From: a virus
Virus record (IMG/VR): IMGVR_UViG_3300033144_008177
Coordinates: 1 to 51,830 of that record
Length of the DNA stretch: 51,830 nucleotides
Direction: 5' to 3' (one strand)
A program made the position numbers and the translations under genes. The first letter of the stretch is position 1. Every line of letters begins with the position of its first letter. The notes under the pieces were generated by a model. It was not told where the DNA came from. It did no database searches and was given only the letters and a program-made list of their open reading frames with translations. Shown here piece after piece: positions 1 to 6,813 of the stretch.

Positions 1-545
1 ACTTGAACTCTTAGAACTTGAACTCTTAGAACTTGAACTGCTACTCTTGGAGCTACTTGAAGAACTGCTCTTTGAAGAACTTGAACTGGAACTCTTTGAA
101 CTGCTTGAGCTTTTAGAACTTGAGCTGCTAGAACTCTTAGAACTCGAACTACTTGAACTCTTAGAGCTACTTGATGAACTGCTCTTTGAAGAACTTGAAC
201 TTGAACTCTTGGAGCTACTAGAACTCTTTGAAGAACTTGAAGAACTACTCTTTGAAGAACTTGAACTTGAACTCTTAGAACTACTTGATGAGCTGCTCTT
301 TGAAGAACTTGAACTTGAACTCTTAGAACTAGAACTACTCTTAGAACTGCTTGATGAGCTGCTCTTTGAAGAACTTGAACTTGAACTCTTGGAACTTGAA
401 CTACTCTTTGAGCTTGAACTTGAACTCTTAGAACTCTTAGAACTACTAGAACTACTGCTCTTAGAAGAGCTTGAACTTGAACTCTTAGAGCTTGAACTAC
501 TATTTGACGAACTTGAACTGCTACTCTTCGACGAACTTGAACTTA
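1..545 (-). repeat. Polyserine-coding tandem repeat
   Basis: About 180 codons of S/K repeats. Confidence 0.9.
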
Positions 546-633
546 CTAAAATTATTTCTAACGGAGTAGTAAGAACCTTTACTCCTCCATTATCAATGGT
601 AAGAACCCTTCCATTTAAAAAGTATATCTTCAT
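1..633 (-). CDS. Polyserine-rich protein, partial (runs off the left edge)
   Basis: ATG at 633 gives MKIYFLNGRVLTIDNGGVKVLTTPLEIILVSSSSSKSSSS..., open to base 1. Missing from the ORF track because no stop lies in the window. The + strand LEL-rich ORF 47..670 is its antisense shadow. Confidence 0.8.
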   Translation of the reverse strand, partial: MKIYFLNGRVLTIDNGGVKVLTTPLEIILVSSSSSKSSSSSSSNSSSSSKSSSSSSSKSSSSSSSKSSKSSSSSSKSSSSSKSSSSSSSKSSSSSSSKSSSSSKSSSSSSSKSSSSSSSKSSSSSSSKSSSSSSSKSSSSSKSSSSSSSKSSSSSSSKSSSSSSSKSSSSSSSKSSSSSKSSSSSSSKSSSSSSSKSSSSSSKSSSSKSSS

Positions 634-656
634 TATCTATCTACACTCGATTACAA

Positions 657-1640
657 TTATGATTGATTAGTCCACTTACCTATGCTCCCATTATATTTAA
701 GGGATTGCCCATTAGTAGGATTACTAATTTGGACATCAGTCAAATCTCCTAGATTAAGAACATCTTGCGATAACTGAAATAAACTGGTACAATTCCAATT
801 TACTCCATCATTAAAAACATATATTTCATCGCCTTCTTCTAATCTAGGCACTGCCGAGTTTAAATCTTCATCTGGTATTATAGAAGGATTGCCAGCAGAA
901 GGATCATAAACTAAATTTTGACCAGCTATTTGACATACAACATTAATTAGAGTTCCTCCTATCGTATCTAAATTACATTGTATTATACTACCTTCTGGAG
1001 CATTTTCTGCACAATAAGCCTTTCTAACAATAACATAATCTACATGATCTTTAAGAGTTTCTCCGACATAAACATAACAACCCAACGAAGTAGGTGTATA
1101 AGTAGGAGTAGCTGCTCCAGTATCTTGAGTATCATCTACTATAACAATGAATCCCCTTTCATCTATAATCCAATCCTGACCAGACAAAGGTGGTATCTCA
1201 ACTGGTCCGTTATTATTGCCATATAATTTAGGTCTCCAAGTTGTCCCAAACTTTTTAGGAATAATAGTATTAACTATATCTCCCTCTGCATATCTCCCCC
1301 CTGTATAAGGATTAACCTGTCCAATTAATCCGTGCCCTACTGGAATAGTAACTAAATATGGATGACCCTCTCCTACTGAATCAGGAGCTAAAGTAAGATT
1401 TTGAGACACTTTAAGAAGACTGTCACTATGGCTTGGATTTTCGTTAGTACAATCTATTATTATACCCTCAATAGCCTGTGCAGTAGATGGTATGCTCTCC
1501 GTATAAACATCAGATGCTACAATAGTAATTTGAGAAGCATTAGCTTCATTACCTAATGGAAAATCCTTTACTTCGGTATGAGCTAAACCAAAAAGTTTCT
1601 TAAAAGCTGCTTGTGTTAAACTCTCATTTGAAAAAGCCAT
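657..1640 (-). CDS. Virion structural/tail-associated protein
   Basis: Likely start ATG 1640 (MAFSNESLTQ), overlapping the upstream stop as TAATG. C-terminal LGDLTDVQISNPTNGQSLKYNG..KWTN resembles a motif common in phage fibre and structural proteins. Confidence 0.6.
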   Translation of the reverse strand: MAFSNESLTQAAFKKLFGLAHTEVKDFPLGNEANASQITIVASDVYTESIPSTAQAIEGIIIDCTNENPSHSDSLLKVSQNLTLAPDSVGEGHPYLVTIPVGHGLIGQVNPYTGGRYAEGDIVNTIIPKKFGTTWRPKLYGNNNGPVEIPPLSGQDWIIDERGFIVIVDDTQDTGAATPTYTPTSLGCYVYVGETLKDHVDYVIVRKAYCAENAPEGSIIQCNLDTIGGTLINVVCQIAGQNLVYDPSAGNPSIIPDEDLNSAVPRLEEGDEIYVFNDGVNWNCTSLFQLSQDVLNLGDLTDVQISNPTNGQSLKYNGSIGKWTNQS

Positions 1641-4366
1641 TATGAAGCCACCACTGAAATAGATTCTATATAACCCGTCCATGCATCTGACGCTGTTATT
1701 CTTATAACTATAGCATTGCCACTATCTGCTGTTGATCTTGTCCCTAAAGTACATGCCCAATCGGTCGTATCTATATCTCTTGTTCCAAGAGTATAACAAC
1801 CATCATCCTCAATAGCAGTATGACTTGTATAACAATCTTTAAATTCTATATTGCCAGAAGGAGGCGATCCAGTAGCATCACTAGTAGTATTAGGAGCTAA
1901 TAACTCTAATGTAAGATCCTGCCCATTTGCACCAGTTCCTACATCAGTAAATCCAGTAGCATTAGCTCCACTAATAGTAAATACAAAATTAGATTTCGAT
2001 GCACCTACATAAAAATATCTCAAATATACCCTATCTCCTGATGCTGTGCTGTAATTAGGATTGCCAGCATATCCTTCTTCATATCCTGTCCCTGCTTTGC
2101 TAAAATCTCCATTTGTTACACCACTATCAGGAGTACTCTTTGGATATGATAATTTGCCACCATATTGTAAAAGTCCATCATCGTAATTATTATTTGTTGG
2201 AAGCAAACTCTGTGTGCTATCCCAATCATAGTCACTGGCATTTGTTCCGCTACCATAATTTGTATTTGTCAAAACTATTCCTGTATGCATCCTATATCCC
2301 TCTGCATTAAAACCTTCTTCGGTATCTCCCTCATTACTTGGAGATGCTATCTGATCGTCTATCAATAACCCAACGATAGAGGCAAAAGAAGTTGCTCCGT
2401 CATCATTACCTTCATTAGCATCAAATGTTCTAGCTACACTAGTTTTAACATCTATAGTGGCATCAAGTTTCCTACCACTACTAATTGTAAAAACAGCATT
2501 CGTTACTGCTACTCGAAGTGTTTGGTCCCCTCCGCTATTGCCTAAATCTGCATTAGGTATTGATCCATTAGTACAATTAAAAGTTATTACATTTCCATCT
2601 TGATATGTATTTTTAAAGGCATTATCTATATCTACAGCATAAGCAGCTGTTCCACCTGTATAATAACGAACTCCTGATAAATATTGATCACCAGTCAAAC
2701 TCAAACTATCTAGCACTGGAGTAGAGTAAACAGTATCAGTAGTATCATCGTCAACCACCCATGAAACATAATTAGTTGTTAAGTCAGACTCTCCTTGTAT
2801 TCTGTGAATAACCCTTACATAATTCCAACCATTGTTCATATCACTAGAATCTACCTTCCATGTTCCTGTACGGTAATAAGAAGCAAAATTATCACCATTA
2901 GGAAATTTAATTTGCTGTTGAGCCCCTATATTAAGCCCACTATTTGTACTAGTTGTGGTATCTTGATCAGAAATATTGGTTAAATCTATTGTAGAATCAT
3001 TAGTTGCTCCACCTCCATCAAATTCAACACCATTTACTTCTAAAATAAGAATATTTGTTCCAGATGTACTCCCTTCAGCAAAAGAATTTGCTACATAAGC
3101 AGGAGTAGGAGATCCCGTATCAGCCACAACATCTTCATTTAATTTACCAGTAAAATTAGTAGAGTCATTTATAACTCCTCCACGATCACCAGACTCTGAA
3201 AATGAATCATCAATTCCTTCTGCATCACTGACCTGAACCCAAGCACCAATCCCATCTACATCAACATATGGTAAAAAATCATCACTTTCCCAAGTAAGCA
3301 TAGCCGTTCTACCTGATGTAGTTATTCTATCTATACCTGTGCTTGCTCCCCTATCTCCTAAAAACGATGGAGTCGGTGGAGCAAGAGAAGAAAGAGTAAG
3401 ACCAATCTCTTGCAGAGCAGCTTCTGTTTCTGTACCAGTATAATAACTACCAGCATCTAATATATCAATATTATCAGCGTCATGACCATGTAATAAATCT
3501 GCATTACTAGTAGCACCATCTGTAAGAGTATTTAATTCAGCACCTGTAGCAGTAGTATCACTGTGGCTTACTATTGTATGTGATTCAGCATGTAAAGCAG
3601 CATACTCAACAGCAGTTAAATGTAAATAATCTCCCACATTCAAACCACTTAAATCATTATGCGAACTTGAAACACTCCCTAAAGCAGTATATTCAGCAGC
3701 AGTAAGATGAAGATAATCTCCCTCATTCAAACCTTTTAAATCATTATGCTCCCCACTACCAGAATGAGTATGACAACAATCAGCATTACTACCATTAACT
3801 AATTTTTTATAATTAGTCATAGTAAATGGATATACACCATCTAAATGTTCTAAGATAGTATGATCTTGAGCATGAGATGCAGAAACAGCAGATTCTATTG
3901 CACTTCCCGCCGATGTTATATCATTTAATTGAGATACGTTACCACTCTTAGTCACGTAATCACTTAAATCTACTTTGCCTCCCCATAACCCACCTAAACC
4001 ATTCAAGTCGGATAATTTTGCTAAATTGTTATGAGTATGTAAAAGATCAGCATCAGAAGTTGCTCCTGCTGTTAAAGTACTCAATCCAGTATGAGTATGA
4101 ATAGAATCCGCTAACTCATCATGAGTATGTAAATATTCTCCTAATACAATTTGCTGATTTACTACATATCCTCTTATAATCGCAGAAGCAGAGATATGAG
4201 AAGATGTATTATTAGGATAAGTAGCTGGAAGAAGAACATCAATCTCTTGACCATTAGCAGTGAATATAACTTGATTAGGTATATCACTAATAACTAATCC
4301 TCCAGGAGGAGGATTTACGATACAAGTTATTTTCCAAGAATCTCTTACTGATTGAAAATCTGCCAT
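1640..4366 (-). CDS. Tail fibre/appendage-like structural protein, 908 aa
   Basis: N-terminal third has repeated HxH motifs and duplicated HNDLxGLNxGDYLHLTA and TLTxGATSxADLLHxH units. The C-terminal part is G/S/T/D-rich and beta-prone. Confidence 0.6.
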   Translation of the reverse strand: MADFQSVRDSWKITCIVNPPPGGLVISDIPNQVIFTANGQEIDVLLPATYPNNTSSHISASAIIRGYVVNQQIVLGEYLHTHDELADSIHTHTGLSTLTAGATSDADLLHTHNNLAKLSDLNGLGGLWGGKVDLSDYVTKSGNVSQLNDITSAGSAIESAVSASHAQDHTILEHLDGVYPFTMTNYKKLVNGSNADCCHTHSGSGEHNDLKGLNEGDYLHLTAAEYTALGSVSSSHNDLSGLNVGDYLHLTAVEYAALHAESHTIVSHSDTTATGAELNTLTDGATSNADLLHGHDADNIDILDAGSYYTGTETEAALQEIGLTLSSLAPPTPSFLGDRGASTGIDRITTSGRTAMLTWESDDFLPYVDVDGIGAWVQVSDAEGIDDSFSESGDRGGVINDSTNFTGKLNEDVVADTGSPTPAYVANSFAEGSTSGTNILILEVNGVEFDGGGATNDSTIDLTNISDQDTTTSTNSGLNIGAQQQIKFPNGDNFASYYRTGTWKVDSSDMNNGWNYVRVIHRIQGESDLTTNYVSWVVDDDTTDTVYSTPVLDSLSLTGDQYLSGVRYYTGGTAAYAVDIDNAFKNTYQDGNVITFNCTNGSIPNADLGNSGGDQTLRVAVTNAVFTISSGRKLDATIDVKTSVARTFDANEGNDDGATSFASIVGLLIDDQIASPSNEGDTEEGFNAEGYRMHTGIVLTNTNYGSGTNASDYDWDSTQSLLPTNNNYDDGLLQYGGKLSYPKSTPDSGVTNGDFSKAGTGYEEGYAGNPNYSTASGDRVYLRYFYVGASKSNFVFTISGANATGFTDVGTGANGQDLTLELLAPNTTSDATGSPPSGNIEFKDCYTSHTAIEDDGCYTLGTRDIDTTDWACTLGTRSTADSGNAIVIRITASDAWTGYIESISVVAS

Positions 4367-4412
4367 GAGCTACTCTCTTATATTATTAATTCTTCTTTAT
4401 GCACTGGTATTT

Positions 4413-4439
4413 ATTTTCGTTAAAAAAACAAAAAATCCT
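4413..4439 (-). promoter_or_regulatory. Late-type promoter AGGATT-N15-GAAAAT
   Basis: Matches the recurrent AGGATT-N15/16-GAATAT motif and lies upstream of the 908-aa gene. Confidence 0.55.
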
Positions 4440-4462
4440 TGTTTTATTAAAGAAATGACAAT

Positions 4463-4490
4463 AAAAAAACCGCCACTATGAGTGACGGTT
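4463..4490 (-). terminator. Intrinsic terminator
   Basis: Minus strand AACCGTCAC-TCATA-GTGGCGGTT followed by a T run (one G-U pair). Confidence 0.7.
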
Positions 4491-4575
4491 AAATAGATGA
4501 AAAGGCTCATTATATTTTTTTCTTATATTACCTCGTTCAAAGGCTTTAAAATTGTTAACCTTTTCATCCTTATAA

Positions 4576-4602
4576 ATATTCGACTTTACCCAAAACAATC
4601 CT
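4576..4602 (-). promoter_or_regulatory. Late-type promoter AGGATT-N15-GAATAT
   Basis: Exact match to the recurrent motif consensus with a 15-nt spacer. Confidence 0.6.
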
Positions 4603-4623
4603 TTTTTATTTTTGAAAAAATGT

Positions 4624-4652
4624 TTGAAAAGTGATTATGAATATGGTATAAA
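4624..4652 (+). promoter_or_regulatory. Sigma70/SigA-type promoter TTGAAA-N17-TATAAA with extended -10 TG
   Basis: 17-nt spacer. Shares TTGAAAAGTGA with the promoters at 14754-14782 and 15893-15921. Confidence 0.6.
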
Positions 4653-4682
4653 AAAAGCATATATAATCTTACTCCTTTCTTT

Positions 4683-4717
4683 AGCCAACATAGTTCGTTG
4701 CTGTGTTGGCTTTTTTT
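4683..4717 (+). terminator. Intrinsic terminator on + strand
   Basis: AGCCAACATAG-TTCGTTG-CTGTGTTGGCT, an 11-bp stem with one wobble, followed by a T run. Confidence 0.75.
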
Positions 4718-4809
4718 ACACCCTCTACAGCCCCCATTTCAATTAACTCCGTATTTATGGGCACTGACACCTTATATTAAAAAATGATTATATGAGAGCA
4801 TTCTAACAT

Positions 4810-4846
4810 AAAAAATGCACAGTAACAATGTTAATGTTACTGTGCA
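4810..4846 (-). terminator. Intrinsic terminator closing the CRISPR transcript
   Basis: Perfect 12-bp stem TGCACAGTAACA/TGTTACTGTGCA with a 7-nt loop, then TTTTTT on the minus strand. Confidence 0.8.
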
Positions 4847-4999
4847 AAAACAGGGTTTATATAAAAGTATAAAAGTATAAAAATTTATTCGTGGTCGCGC
4901 CCACCGGATCTTAAACGACTGTCTATTTCCTCTACCTCCTGAACATCTACTTGAACTTGGTCTTCCGCTACGAGGAAGATCAGGAACATCAGATTCTTC

Positions 5000-6683
5000 A
5001 TTATAATCCACTCTCATATCGCTATAAGAGAATCAACAGAATTACCTAAACTACATAAAACTACGTTGTAATCCACTCTCATATTACTATGAGAGACATC
5101 CATCAGATTTGCAGTCTCTGGCAATTATTGGTTGTAATCCACTCTCATATTACTATGAAAGACATCAGCCTATCAGGCAGCAATAGATTTTGTTGTTGTA
5201 ATCCACTCTCATATTACTATGAGAGACATCATACTTTTGTTTTAGTGTAGGGAATCTTCTGTTGTAATCCACTCTCATATTACTATGAGAGACATCAGCA
5301 TTAGTAACGGACAGACTCATTATTATGTTGTAATCCACTCTCATATTACTATGAGAGACATCAGGGGTTGCCCATTTATCTGTCTTACTGCTGTTGTAAT
5401 CCACTCTCATATTACTATATGAGAGACATCAATATTGATGCTTGTCGCATCGGGAGTGAGGGTTGTAATCCACTCTCATATTACTATGAGAGACATCTAT
5501 TGCTATGGCCACTATGTTAAATGCTTTGTTGTAATCCACTCTCATATTACTATGAGAGACATCTGCCCAGAGTCGGGGTCTTTGACAGTTCCCGTTGTAA
5601 TCCACTCTCATATTACTATGAGAGACATCTCCGCTTGTAGACTTGGTTCGTGGTCGTCAGTTGTAATCCACTCTCATATTACTATGAGAGACATCAAATA
5701 TAGCGAGAGTGTCCTGCACGTCTTTGTTGTAATCCACTCTCATATTACTATGAGAGACATCCTGGTCTGTTTAGTGGAAGATCTAGGGTAGTTGTAATCC
5801 ACTCTCATATTACTATGAGAGACATCCGGCTTGAGTGAATATCAGCGAAGAGTTGTGTTGTAATCCACTCTCATATTACTATGAGAGACATCTTGTTTCA
5901 TAAATCGACTGTATCTACCAAGTTGTAATCCACTCTCATATTACTATGAGAGACATCTTCATCAACATCTTGCCCTGATCTTTGCAGTTGTAATCCACTC
6001 TCATATTACTATGAGAGACATCATCGTGTGATGACCTTATAAGGATAGACAAGTTGTAATCCACTCTCATATTACTATGAGAGACATCAAAACAAGAGAG
6101 AGACAGATAATGACTTGTGTTGTAATCCACTCTCATATTACTATGAGAGACATCTCGATGGGTGAGGAACCACAAACTTCCTATGTTGTAATCCACTCTC
6201 ATATTACTATGAGAGACATCATTGAAATAAATCTTGACGTAATAATGTTAGTTGTAATCCACTCTCATATTACTATGAGAGACATCTAAAGCTATATATT
6301 CCATCCCCTAATATCTGTTGTAATCCACTCTCATATTACTATGAGAGACATCGTTTATAGTAAAGTATCTGTCCTGCTGTCCGTTGTAATCCACTCTCAT
6401 ATTACTATGAGAGACATCAAATATTTTGACACATAGCCAGTTCTCCTTGTTGTAATCCACTCTCATATTACTATGAGAGACATCAAGGTGACAAAGGTGA
6501 AAAAGGCGAGCAGGGTTGTAATCCACTCTCATATTACTATGAGAGACATCAAAGTATAAGAACAGCAGGAACAAACTATGGTTGTAATCCACTCTCATAT
6601 TACTATGAGAGACATCAATAGAATATAACATGACCTGGAAAGAGTTCGTTGTAATCCACTCTCATATTACTATGAGAGACATC
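5000..6683 (-). CRISPR. CRISPR array: 25 near-identical 36-nt repeats plus 1 degenerate terminal repeat, 25 spacers of 28-31 nt
   Basis: Repeat on minus strand GATGTCTCTCATAGTAATATGAGAGTGGATTACAAC, with an 8-bp stem, GTAA loop and 11-nt 3' tail TGGATTACAAC like I-C. Repeats start at + 5065, 5131, 5195 ... 6581, 6648. Variants at 5131 (1 substitution), 5393 (2-nt insertion) and 5000 (degenerate) place the trailer at left and the leader at right. Confidence 0.98.
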
Positions 6684-6813
6684 TGTAGATTCATAACTAT
6701 ATTATCTACAGATGTTTATATTAAAAATATCAATTAAAAAATGCTTATTTCTGCACATTAAACTCCCCTGTACTTCCATTTTTCTATATTTAATTATAAA
6801 AGAACTCACTATA
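6684..6813 (-). promoter_or_regulatory. CRISPR leader
   Basis: AT-rich noncoding stretch between the cas3 stop and the first intact repeat. Degenerate repeats are at the opposite end. Confidence 0.7.

Noticed and set aside
47-670. + strand Leu/Glu-repeat ORFs (also 44972..45346, 50704..51036 and minus-strand 50680..51090)
   Set aside because: These are antisense or off-frame shadows of the polyserine-coding repeats.
4630-4665. + strand sequence resembling an MNxWYKKA gene start
   Set aside because: It needs two frameshifts and is better explained as a SigA promoter.
4772-6631. ORFs containing MRVDYN or VVIHSHITMRDI repeats
   Set aside because: They are translations of CRISPR repeats and have no RBS.
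5000-6683. Classifying the array as type II, V or VI, or orienting it on the + strand
   Set aside because: Adjacent genes are class 1. The hairpin plus 11-nt TGGATT handle and the polarity of degeneration support the minus strand, and no Cas9/12/13 is in the window.
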